A stretch of 64,000 bases of DNA from an uncultured Patescibacteria group bacterium. GTDB lineage: Bacteria > Patescibacteriota > Gracilibacteria > BD1-5 > UBA6164. Under the pieces are notes generated by a model. It did not search any database, was not told the origin of the DNA, and worked only from the letters and a program-made list of their open reading frames with translations. A program made the translations under genes and the position numbers. The DNA lies in NCBI GenBank assembly GCA_963926055.1, contig CAWUVK010000004.1, forward strand, positions 40,934-104,933, read 5' to 3'. Positions within the stretch are counted from its first letter, which is position 1. Each line of letters opens with the position of its first letter. This document shows, piece by piece, positions 32,510 through 44,759 of this stretch.

Positions 32510-33076
32510 TATGGCTCATTATTTATTTGTAAAATGATATACGGTTGTAAGAAGACATTATATTTTAGTGGTCTTTCGTATATTAAAATTTATATTTTTG
32601 CTGACCTTAGCAATTTTTCTTTATATAATTTCTTCAGAAATTATTAATAATTATCCAGATTTATATTATCTGAAATTTATATTTTTTGTTTTCGTATTTT
32701 GAACACTTAATTATGCATTTTTAAGTTTAGTTTTATCAATTATTGAATATTATTTTGATTTGATGATAGTGTATAAAGATCAAATAGTTTCAATAAAATG
32801 TTCATTATTATTTAGAGATGATATTGAAATTATTGATGCATATAGAATTATGAAAGTAGACTGATATTCTAGAGGTTTAATGCAAAATATGTTATGATTT
32901 TGAAATCTTATTATAGAGCAACAAAAAGATGATTCAAAAGTGTACCATTTTATACCAAAACCATATAGAATTTTAATGATTATTCAAAAACAAAGAGACA
33001 ATTTATTAGCCGATAGAAAGAAAAAATATATTGTTCCTGAAGAAGATATTCAACAAGAAAAAAAGAAAAAAGCGTA
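32510..33076 (+). CDS. hypothetical membrane protein (188 aa)
   Basis: Translated codon by codon with TGA read as Gly to TAG at 33074-33076. It has two TM helices and then a soluble domain. Confidence 0.5.
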
Positions 33077-33147
33077 GAGCTTTTTTCTTTTTTGATTTTT
33101 CCAAAAAAATTTATAAAATTTCATAAAAATTTCTAAGAATAAAAAAA

Positions 33148-34203
<1,056 letters not shown>

Positions 34204-34284
34204 AAAATTTTTTATTGTAATTGATAATATTTTTATTATTATTTACTTGCTAAACAATTTCTTTATAAAAAAAGGAAAATAAAT

Positions 34285-34497
34285 ATGACATTATTATTAT
34301 TATTTGTACTAATATTGTTGACATACACAATATTAGTTAAACCAAGTTTGGTTGTTATATTGGCTCTATTAACTGGTCAAATTGGTTTGGTTTTCATTAT
34401 GATAATTGTGAGATTATTTGATATACCAAACTGTAAGTTTAATCCATTACGTTCTCAATATTTGAGAGCAAAGTGGTTTACTGTAAATACAGAATAA
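34285..34497 (+). CDS. small hydrophobic protein (70 aa)
   Basis: Intact track ORF with an AAGGAAAA Shine-Dalgarno-like sequence upstream. The terminator hairpin AAGTCTTA/TAAGACTT follows at about 34511-34540. Confidence 0.5.
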   Translation: MTLLLLFVLILLTYTILVKPSLVVILALLTGQIGLVFIMIIVRLFDIPNCKFNPLRSQYLRAKWFTVNTE

Positions 34498-34606
34498 TGT
34501 AGTTTTAGTATAAGTCTTATTAACATAAGACTTTTTTTTAATTTTAAAACAAAAATATTATGCTTTAAAATATAAAATATTTTTCTCGGGAAGTTATTTT
34601 TTTATT

Positions 34607-34634
34607 TTGACAAAAATTATTTTATTTATAATAT
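34607..34634 (+). promoter_or_regulatory. sigma-70-like promoter
   Basis: TTGACA (34607-34612), a 16-nt spacer, then TAATAT (34629-34634). A TATAAT also lies at 34627-34632. Confidence 0.5.
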
Positions 34635-34663
34635 GTGGCTGTTACAAAAATAATTTCAAAATT

Positions 34664-34717
34664 ATGAAAGCAATACAAATTTCTAACATTTTCAGAAGAA
34701 GACTTTTTACAAAATAG
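34664..34717 (+). CDS. candidate 17-aa leader peptide MKAIQISNIFRRRLFTK
   Basis: ATG at 34664. Three consecutive AGA codons lie at 34694-34702, directly abutting hairpin arm 1a. The TAG stop lies across the loop and 3' arm of hairpin 1. Confidence 0.35.
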   Translation: MKAIQISNIFRRRLFTK

Positions 34718-34803
34718 TAAAAAGAATTTTTTCGTTGCTTGTACAAAAATACAAATCTACAAAATAAAAAAACTTTTTACTCTTCAGGTAAAAAGTTTTT
34801 TTT
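34703..34803 (+). promoter_or_regulatory. twin terminator-like hairpins with identical stems (attenuator-like)
   Basis: Hairpin 1 is CTTTTTAC (34703-34710) paired with GTAAAAAG (34717-34724), followed by a T run. Hairpin 2 is CTTTTTAC (34773-34780) paired with GTAAAAAG (34788-34795), with an A run before and T8 after. Confidence 0.55.
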
Positions 34804-34830
34804 ATATATTATACATTTAAAATAATTATT

Positions 34831-35418
34831 ATGTCATTATGAATTTTAGAATCTCATGATTCTCAAGAAAATATTTCTCCAAATAATTCTGTTTCATCAC
34901 AAATGCAAAATACAAAAGCAAAAATTTTTGATTTGTCTCAATGTGATTTTCATGCGGGAAAATTATCTCAAAGTGAAGCACAAAAAGTTTTAGATTTGAT
35001 TATAGAAGAAAATAAAATTAAATCTCATATGCTTGAACCAAGTGTTGAAGAACTCATGCAAACGCAACATTTTATCGCAGCACAAGTAGACGATTTACTT
35101 ATTGGCTATACACGTTTAACCGATATTTGATATAAAAATATTCAAGAAGTGGGGAGTAGTATAGTAGCTCAAGCATTTCGTAGAAAACACGTTGGGTTAA
35201 AGATGATGCAAGAATTAATTGATAATTCTCAAGCAGATCCAGTATACGGAATCACAAATGTCGCTCATGTAGAACATATGTTTGATGAACTCGGTTTAAT
35301 GAAAGTGTTAAAAGAAAATATAGATAAAAAAGTATTAGAAAAAATAGAAGAATTATGAGCATTGTTAGATGATGATGTTATCTATGCAAATACAAAATTT
35401 TTACAATTATATTCGTAA
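34831..35418 (+). CDS. GNAT-family N-acetyltransferase
   Basis: Track fragments 34903-35130 and 35149-35358 are in frame. The acetyl-CoA motif is RRKHVGLKMMQELI. The start is 34831 or 34903. The stop is TAA at 35416-35418. Confidence 0.7.
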
Positions 35419-35429
35419 TATAAAACAAT

Positions 35430-36281
35430 ATGCAATATCCAAAAGTATATGAATTTGAATGAAAAAAATCTGGAAAAACAGCTGTGATTTTTTGAGCGAT
35501 TCATGGAAATGAAATTTGTGGACCACAAGTTTTAGAAAAATTAATTCAAGATATCAAATGTGGAAAAATTATTATAGAATCTGGAAAATTAATTATCGTA
35601 CCAATTTGTAATCCAAAAGCGTATCAAGCGGATGTTCGTCAAATGGAAGATAATTTAAATAGAGTTTTTTATGAGAAAAAAGATAAAAATAATTTGAGTT
35701 ATGAAGAAAAAATTGCAGAATTTTTAAAGAAATACATTGATGAGTGAGATTATATTTTAGATCTACATTCATTTCACGCACAAGGAAATCACTATATTTT
35801 TCAAGATTTCACTGATGAAAAAACCAATGAATTTATAAGTGCACTTGGAGTGAAAAATATAGTCCAAGGTTGGCCAGAACTATATGAAGCAGGAGACGAA
35901 TTAGATACTATTTGATATGCGTATTCACAAGGAAAAATATGAGCACTTATAGAATGTGGTTCTCATAGAGATCCAGAGTGTTTTGATATTGCGAATAAAA
36001 CGATACAAAATTTCATTATTTTTTCTGAAATAATTTCTGGAAAATGAGAAAAAAATATTCAAAATATTACCAAAATTGATTCTATGATTCGTAAAATTAA
36101 ACCAGGAAATTTCACAAAAGATTATATTGAAATGCAAGAAATTACTGCTGGAGAAGTTATTGTGAAATACGATGATGGGGAAGAATTTATAGCAGAAAAA
36201 GATGGAAATATTTTACTGACAAATAAAGATGCAAAAATCTGACAAGAACATTTCTATATAGCCTATAAAAAAAATAATTAA
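35430..36281 (+). CDS. succinylglutamate desuccinylase / aspartoacylase-family zinc hydrolase
   Basis: 283 aa, translated codon by codon. Motifs are FGAIHGNEICG, ILDLHSFH and ECGSH. Confidence 0.7.
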
Positions 36282-36306
36282 AACTTCGTTTTAATTATTT
36301 TTTTTC
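36268..36306. terminator. bidirectional rho-independent terminator
   Basis: The stem AATAATTAAAAC (36273-36284) pairs with GTTTTAATTATT (36288-36299) and is followed by a T run. Confidence 0.65.
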
Positions 36307-37329
36307 GATTAAACGAGGATTTATAGAAATGACATTGATTGGCAAAAATTTTCCTTCACAAGACATTTGAAATAAACTATCTACGTGAGAAGTTCATTTG
36401 AAAAAATGGGCTAAGGTAATATCCGAGTATTCTAAAGTATCTAAATCAGAAAATACAACTTCACTTGTTTTTATATTTTTTTCATCAACATAATAAAATT
36501 TTTCTCAATCGAGCAAAATATTTTTCCCATTGAGTGTAAATTTATAATATTCTAAGAGAGGAAATAATGTATTCAATGCTTCTGGTTTACATGAAAAATT
36601 TTGTGAAATGATATCTTTATGAGAAATATTTTCTTCATTAATTTCTAATATTTTTTTCCATTTTGAAATTCACATATTTTTGGTTATGTGGGAATTATAA
36701 TTTCCAGATTTTAAAATTTCATTTACATATTTTGTAGAGTCGTATAAAAATCAAATATCTCAAAATAATGCTTCTTCTCAAAAAGCTGCGAGAAAAAAAG
36801 ATTTTACCTCATTTATTTCTACACTTTCCCATAAATTTTTTGAATATGCATCAAATGTTTTTGAAAAATCAGCTAAAATTTTTCATCAAAAATGTTTGTA
36901 TGCATCTGGTAAATTCCACGCACTTGCTGGAGTTCTAGTTTTTTGATCCATCATTCAAATATAATACGGAAGATTTTTTCACCATAATTCTTCGCTCAAC
37001 AGCCAAATAAAACCTGCACACAGTTCTAAATCTCTCGCGGATCATGTGACTAAAATAGGAGATTGATGGACATTTCTAATTCCGTCAATTATTTTATGAG
37101 ATGTTTCTGTAAGAGGATATTCAACCTGAGAATAATCTCAAATTTCAAATGTTTCTTCAAAAAAGTGTTTTGTAATAGTATTTTCGATATTATTTTTTTC
37201 TATAAGTTGAGAATAATTTAGATGAATATTTTTTATTTCATTTTGAAAATATCCTATTATTCCTGATAAAATCAAAATAAATATTCATATTATTATGAGT
37301 GAGAAATATAGTATTTTTTTATCTTTCAT
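36295..37329 (-). CDS. hypothetical membrane-anchored protein (344 aa)
   Basis: It has an N-terminal TM helix and is open with TGA read as Gly. No family recognised. Confidence 0.5.
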
Positions 37330-37511
37330 TGTATTTGAAAAGTAGTTATATGTAATTTTTATTATTGTATTCATATTTTATAAAATTCAAAAATTTTATT
37401 CTTTTTTGAAAAAATATACAAAATATATACAATTATAAAAATATTTCAGATTTTTCTTTTTTTTAATAAGTAAATATTTGAAAAACCCAGATGAATTTAT
37501 AACAAAAAATA

Positions 37512-39848
37512 ATGCAAGATTTACAAAAAATATTACAAGAAAAATTTGGTTTAGAAGATTTTAGAGAATGACAAAGAGAAGTTATTGAAAGTGTTGTTTG
37601 AGGAAATGATACGATTGTTTTTATGCCAACATGAGGATGAAAATCTTTGACGTACCAACTTCCAGGAATTGCAAAAAAATGAGTTGCTGTGATAATTTCA
37701 CCACTTATTTCGTTGATGAAAGATCAAGTAGATAAACTCAATGAACTAGGCTTAAGAGCTGAATTAATAAATTCTACGATTTCGTATCACGAACAACAAA
37801 TGATTCTCAATGAATTATCAGCAACATCTTGAGACGAAGAAAATCCAATCAAATTTTTATATGTTGCTCCAGAACGTCTTAATTCTGGAGATTTTTCTCG
37901 TGTATTACAAAAAACTCCTATCAGTTTAATCGCCATTGATGAAGCGCATTGTATTTCTCAATGGGGGCATGATTTTCGTCCGAGTTATATGAAAATAAAA
38001 GGATTTATTCAAAACCTCAGAAGTGTTAATCATTTTCCAGTTATAGCTTTAACGGCAACGGCTACAAAAAAGGTAAGAGCTGATATAGTCGGAAGAATCT
38101 GACTTGAAAATTATAATACGTTTACAAAATGATTCGATAGAAAAAATATTATTACTATTGTACGTGAACTTTCGAAAAAAGAAGAAAAAATGCAAAAAGT
38201 TTATGAAATAGTTCAAAATACACCAGGAAGTGGAATTATATATTGTTCGAGTAGAAAAGTAACCAAAGAAATTTATGAATTTCTTTCTCAAAATGATATT
38301 TCTGTTGGGATTTATACCGGTGAAATGTCAGCTGATCAAAGAGAATCAATGCAACAAAATTTCATGGATTCAAAATTAAAAGTTATCGTGGCAACGAATG
38401 CATTTGGTATGTGAATCGATAAAAAAGATATTCGTTTTGTGGTGCATTATAATCTTCCTGGAAGTATTGAAAATTATTATCAAGAAGTCGGGAGGGCTGG
38501 TCGTGACGGGAAAAAATCATTTGGTGTGGTTATTGCGAGTTATGGAGATACAAAAATTCAAGAATTTTTTATTGAAAATTCGCATCCACCAAAAGAAGAA
38601 ATTCTTCAGCTGTATGATTATCTTTATAAAAATGCGAAAGTCTGAGAATGAAAAAATACTCAAATCCAAGAAACATATATGCAAATGGCAAATAATTCTG
38701 GGATAAATAATGATTTAAAAGTCGGAACGATTATTAAAACGCTGGAAAAATATGGAATTCTTCAAAGAGGTATTTCTGGTGAATTAGACGAATCATTTCG
38801 TGGGAGATGAGTAACCTTAATTCAAGAAAAAAGAAAACCAGAACATATCATGGTAGATTGGAAACACCAAAATTTACTCAAAGAAGAAGCCTATTTCAAA
38901 CTCGAAAAAATTAAAAAATTACTTTTTTATCCAAGTTGTAGAAAACGTTTTATTCTCGAATATTTTGGAGACGAAGAAGACCTTAAAACACTTTCTGATA
39001 ATTGTGGATTGTGTGATTATTGTCTAGAAAAATCTAAATTACAATCAGGAAAAATGGAAAATCTCGTAGCTCTTTCAGTTTTTGAAATTGTACTTGATGT
39101 GGTTTCAAAATTTGATAAAAAATATTGAGCGAAACTCATGGTAAAATTTTTACGGGGTAGTGCTGACGCGAGAATGTCAGAGTGGGGAATGGATAAACAT
39201 GAAATGTATGGAGTGTTAAGTGAATATACGCCAGATCTCGTTGAAGGATTAATAGAATGATTGATTCAACATGATTATTTAGAAAAAACCACAGGACAAT
39301 ATCCACTTTTAGGACTGACTAAAGTTGGTTTTGCTGCACTAAAAAGAGAAGATATTCTCAAAGAAGATGAACCAAATCTTCAAGAATACCTTCATATGAA
39401 AGTAAAAAATGGAGCATTTAAAAAAGCAAAAACAAACACTTCAAAAACTCCAGGAGTTAAAAAACCAAAATGAGCAACGTACAAAGAAACTCTTGCTTTG
39501 ATGGAAAAATATACCCTCACCCCTAACCCCTCTCCCTTGGGGGAGAAGGGAACTGATTTCCAAGATGTTATTAGTTTTGTTTCAGACCAAAGATGATTAG
39601 GAAAAACAACTATTGAATCACATATAGTGACGCTTTATGAATCTGGAGATTTGAGTTTAAATACGGTTTTAAAATTTACAGAATTTTCAAATTTGAAAAT
39701 AATTAAAACTATTATTTCACAAAATTTTACTGGAAGTGTCGAAGCACTCAGACCAGTGAAAGATTTACTCGAAGAAAATGGTCACAAAGATATTCCATAT
39801 TTTGATATCAAACTCGCAGTGAGTATGATGCAAAAATGAGATTTATAA
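37512..39848 (+). CDS. recQ: ATP-dependent DNA helicase RecQ
   Basis: Six track fragments in one frame fuse to 778 aa. Walker A is MPTGGGKSL, with TGA at 37632-37634 and 37638-37640. Other motifs are [45 protein letters not shown] and the Zn-binding CRKR...CGLCDYC. The C-terminal about 100 aa is not an obvious HRDC domain. Confidence 0.93.
39514..39552. repeat. GC-rich palindromic island inserted in frame in recQ
   Basis: CCCTCACCCCTAACCCCTCTCCCTTGGGGGAGAAGGGAA. The hairpin is CCC-C-TCTCCC / GGGAGA-A-GGG (39528-39550). The opposite strand reads GGGAGAGGGGTTAGGGGTGAGGG. The island encodes [12 protein letters not shown]. Confidence 0.7.
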
Positions 39849-39965
39849 TACATTAAATATAAAAAATCACAAAGTTTTCACTTTGTGATTTTTTAGTGAA
39901 GATATTTTGATATAGCTATATTTTTTATACAATACATAATAATATTTATTATTTAATCCAAATTT

Positions 39966-41861
39966 ATGAAAAAAATATTGAGATTTATTTTTACATCTAT
40001 TATTCTGTTTTTCTTCTTCGTCAATATAGTTAATGGAGTCTTATATGGCACTATAGAAGATGTATATTATTATGAAGATTATGAAAAAACATGGAATCAA
40101 GAAATAGATAAACATATTTTAAATAAAAGGGATATATTTATAGGAACTATTACTGATTCAAAAAGAGAGTATCATAAAAAATGAGATATGATGTCTCATG
40201 TTTATGATGTACAAGTTCATGCTTATTGGTGAAATAAACAGACAAAAACAACAAAATTGATAACAGTTCAATATGCAGGAACAAAGTATTGATGATATTA
40301 TATAAACCGTTTTGATAAAAATAAAACATATATCTTTTTTAATAAATCCAATAATAGCTATATTAACAAAGATAATAATATCAAGCTTAAAGAGATAGGT
40401 CAAGGAAATAGTGTGAAGTACTTATCTAAATTATGATCTCCTGATTATGTATATCAATCAGAGGAACATCCAATGCTTGCTGATTTAAAAACATTCCATG
40501 AAAGTCAAGAGGACACTTTAGGTGATTACGAAGATGAAAATTTTATATACAAAAAAAACTATATTGTTCAAGTAAAAAATACAGATAAATTAATCAAGTT
40601 ATGAAAAAATATTTTCCAATATGAAAATAAAATTTTATTTCAGAAAGGAAACAAATATCAACTTTTTATGATTAAATGAAATGATTTCCAATTCAAAGAG
40701 TTATGAGATTATTATCTTGTGCAAAATCATGAAATGATATATGGAATTTCGAAATCAAATCAAAAACAAACTATTTCACTCATATATAACTTATGAAATT
40801 TTAAAGAAATGAAACATAAATTCTGAAATTTTTATGAGGATAATAATAATGTATATTTTATTGAAGGTATGTTTTGATGATTACCAAGTAGTTTTTATTC
40901 CATAGGTCCATCTGTAAGTCAGGAACTGATTCGAGAAGAATGAGATTTTCAAATTTTAAAGAAGATAAATTTAGAAGTTGATTATACAGTGAGATTTGAT
41001 AGTATTTCTAAAGAATTATTCAATAAAGTTCATAATGTATATGAAAGTAAATTAAAAAAATTAAATTATGAAAAAAAATTATCTTTATTAGAGAAACTTT
41101 TAGAAATTAAAAATCCATACTATGATAAAAAAAATTCAAAAAATGATAAATTCGTAAAAAAATATAAAGAAAGTGAATTTATATTAAATTATCTAGTTTG
41201 AAATTTACAGCTGGAAACTCAAAATAGAAAAATAAATACTCAACAACAAAATGATGTAAAACATTTAATGTGAAATGTTTTTGAATATGAAGGAGAAATT
41301 TTAATAAAAAAATGAGATAAATATTTATATTATTACAAAAAGGCAGATGATTTCAATATAAATATGGTGAATGGTTATGTTTTAATATATAATAATTCTG
41401 AATTATACTCAATTTCTCAAACATCACCTAAACCAACAGTTTTAAAAATAAAATTGGGCATTTCCAATGAAGATTTTGATTTTGATACTTTTACTCATGT
41501 AGAATGAAAATTATATAAAGATGACCAGTCATATTACCTTCCGAGTAAAATTAATAGTTTCAGTAAATATGTTGGAAAATTTTGATATGATATTTGATGA
41601 ATAAATCAAAAGGATAATATAAATATACAATATGATTATAGTATTAGATTATATGGAAAAAAGAAATCATATATGTCTTCTTTGTTACGTTTAAGAAATG
41701 CTGAATATACAGATATGACAGAGGATGAAATAAGAGAAAATATAAAATCAATACAGTTAGAACGTAAATATTTTGGAACTAATGTACATATGTTGTTTCA
41801 TGATTATTTCAAGATAGAGGGTTTAGAAAAACAGTTAAAAAGATTACAAGATGAAAAATAA
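39966..41861 (+). CDS. hypothetical secreted protein (631 aa)
   Basis: Track fragments 39966-40184, 40989-41201 and 41673-41861 are in one frame. The N-terminal signal or anchor is MKKILRFIFTSIILFFFFVNIVNG. It is rich in Tyr, Asn and Lys. No family recognised. Confidence 0.6.
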
Positions 41862-41949
41862 ATTTTCGTCTTTTTTTAATTTTATTAGACTTTTTCTTAA
41901 AATAATTTATTATATATGAAAAGGAAAAAATATTTTTTAAATATTTAGT

Positions 41950-42912
41950 ATGGAAAATTATACTGAAAATTCATTATTAGACATGATTTATGATGAAAAT
42001 CAAAACCTAAAAAGTGTGTTGTTGGAAATCAAAAATTTTAATGAAAATTTTTCATTTATTGAGACATTTGCAGATAATATTTCGATGAAAATAAATGATA
42101 TTATTTTGTTGGAAGAATGAGATGAGGATTATTTTAATGAAGAAAGGGAGTATTTAGCAGAAAGAATCCTTAGACTTGATGATGCATTGATGGAAATGTG
42201 ATTAGCAACGTATGAGTATAGAGGAGAAGAATTTTATGGAAATTGAGAAATAAATGCTTTTGGTTGTAAAATTTGAATAAAAATTTCTGATATTGAAATA
42301 TTTGAAGAATTCATTTCTACTCAAAAATCATCGAATATTGATGAGTTATATGAATTTATATATAGTTGCATTCTGGATAGTCAAAATCGTGAAAATTTTA
42401 GAAATATTCAACCTGAAAGTAATGAAAATAATTTAGATATTATTTGAAATTTACAACAAATGTGAGAAATTTCTCATTCAGGTTTAAGGGAATTAGTACA
42501 AAATTATCATAATTGATCATTACACCAAAGTTTACTTTCAAAATTTTATATCACGAAATTTCGTGAATTTTTCCAGCCTAAAAGTATAGAATTTATAGGA
42601 GATTTTCAAGAATTAGAAAAAGTTCGGAAAGAAGGATTATGAGCATTTGAATCAATTATGTCATCGAATTCACCAGATTGAAACTATAAAAAGTCTGCTT
42701 TAGAATTATGAACTTTTTTAGATATGTCACTTGATTACACATATCAATTGATCATACAAGAATTATTACAATTAACGAATAGGATTTCAAATCCAAAGAC
42801 ATCAAAAGAAACAATAAAGTTTAAAAATTTAGAGTATTTACATTTTGTTCAAAAATTTTATCATCTATATGATAAAAGAAAACTTTTTCTGAAGAAAAAT
42901 ATGGATTTATAA
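41950..42912 (+). CDS. hypothetical protein, paralogue 1 (320 aa)
   Basis: In frame with track ORF 42724-42912. It shares blocks with the next gene (YRGEEFY, FEEFISTQ, SLHQSLLSKF). Confidence 0.55.
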
Positions 42913-43024
42913 AAACATACAAAAATTTTGTATGTTTTTATTATGAAAAAAAATTTTTTTATTAGACTTTTTTTTGAAATAATTTATAGTAAAAAAAAGG
43001 AAAAATATTTTTTAAATATTATTC

Positions 43025-43990
43025 ATGGGAAACTTCGGGAAATTAGATTTTTTAGAATGTATTGAAAATCAAGAATATTCTTTAAAATATATTTTAGATG
43101 AAATTATCGAATTTAATAAAGAGTATGGATTTATTGAATCATATGCAAATTCTGTAAAACAAAGAATCAATAAATTAGCCTTATGTGATGAATTCTTTGA
43201 TGATGACAGATTAAAGAAAACTGAAGAAATATTACGTTTTGGTACAAGTTTAGAAAAAATGTGATTAGAAATATATGATTATAGGTGAGAAGAGTTTTAT
43301 GAAAATAATAGACCATCTGCATCTGGAAATAAAATTGGTTTAAATATTTTTGATTGAGAATTATTTAAAGAATTTATTTCTACTCAAAATCCAGAAATTT
43401 CAGAAAAATTTTATACATTTTTATTTCAAGTTATTTTGGATAATTCCCTCAAAAGTGATTTCTACTGAGAGTTAAAAAATTGAGAAGAAAAAAATAAATC
43501 GATTTCTAATCAGCTTGAATATTTAGAAGATTTATGAAATATAACATCTCCTCATTTACAATATCTAATTGAAGATTATAAAAATCGGTCACTGTATCAG
43601 AGCCTTTTATCAAAATTTATTTTCACAAATTATACTCCAGAATTATCAATTACTTCATTACAAAATATCAAAAACTTTACAGTCATAGAAAATGCCTGGG
43701 ATGAGAGTTTTAAAGCATTAAAAGTTATTATGGATTCTGAATCATTTGAAAGTCATCATGAAAATCATTTGAGATTATTAGCAGATTTTTTAAATGATTG
43801 TATTAATAGTACCTATAAACTTATTTTTAGTGATTTAATCCAAGCAAAAGAAGATTATGATTCTGGAAATAAACAAAATTTATATAAAAATAATGAACAT
43901 AAAATTTTTGTACAAGAATTTTATAAAAAACTCAATACAAGAAAGTATTTAATCGAACAAATTTTATGAGAAAAAAAAGATGAAAATTAA
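43025..43990 (+). CDS. hypothetical protein, paralogue 2 (321 aa)
   Basis: Track fragments 43025-43264 and 43730-43969 are in frame. It shares YRGEEFY, FKEFISTQ and SLYQSLLSKF with the previous gene. About 65 nt of the upstream regions also match (41883-41949 versus 42960-43024). Confidence 0.55.
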
Positions 43991-44006
43991 TTTTCATCTT
44001 TTTTTA
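43971..44006. terminator. bidirectional rho-independent terminator
   Basis: The stem AAGATGAAAAT (43977-43987) pairs with ATTTTCATCTT (43990-44000) and has A and T runs. Confidence 0.7.
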
Positions 44007-44759
44007 TAATTTTAAATTTTTCACATCATCTTTTGCATCATTGGTCATGTAATTTGTCTTACAATTCGGACAATTGAAATAATATTTGTAATAAAATTTT
44101 TTCAAAAGAGTTTTTTTTGTATGTTTTGGTATTTTTTTTACCACAGGAGTTAAGCATTTTTTACACGGATCTCCATCTTTTTCTACTTTTAAACTCGGGT
44201 CTCACTTTCAAATTACTTTCATAATTTCTTGAGTTTTATTTTGTTCCTCTCCTGATAAGGGGATGCTAGGAGGGGTTTTAGAATAATAATTATTCATATA
44301 AAATTCATCCACGAGTAAATCATCCATTTTCATTGCTTGAGTTGCGAGTTCATCACATCTTTCATTTTCGATATGTCCGTTGTGTCATTTTACCCAAGTA
44401 AATCCAACTTCATGTTTTTCTACTTCTAGGAGTAATTTTTCCCATAAATCATAATTAACTGCTTTATCTGACTTGGTTCTCATCCAATTATTTGCTTTCC
44501 ATTTTTTTGCCCATCATTTTTGGATTCCGTTTATTGTATATTGAGAATCTGTATAGACTTGTACTTTTGCTTTTTTTGTGAGTTTTGATAATCCTGTGAT
44601 AACTCAGAGTAATTCCATTCTATTATTTGTTGTGCAAGTGAACCCTTGTAAAAACTCTTTTTTTACTCAACCACAACTCAAAATAACTCCATATCATCCT
44701 GGCCCAGGATTTGGATTTGCTCAGCCATCAGAGTACAGCTCTACATTTGGTATTTGCAT
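44004..44759 (-). CDS. rnhA: ribonuclease HI with a C-terminal Zn-ribbon extension
   Basis: 251 aa. RNase H motifs are ELYSDGGANPNPGPGGYG, TNNRMEL, VYTDSQY and WVKGHNGHIENERCDELA. A GC-rich island follows. The tail then carries CKKC...CPNC. Confidence 0.88.
44245..44276. repeat. GC-rich island inserted in frame in rnhA
   Basis: The plus strand reads TCCTCTCCTGATAAGGGGATGCTAGGAGGGGT. The gene strand encodes TPPSIPLSGEE between the RNase H domain and the Zn-ribbon tail. Confidence 0.6.

Noticed and set aside
37512-39848. Apparent pseudogenisation: recQ, recJ, glmS, mnmA, mutY and others appear as strings of short fragments in the track.
   Set aside because: All the fragments of each gene are in a single frame and are separated only by TGA at Gly positions. 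No frameshifts are needed, so these are intact genes under table 25.
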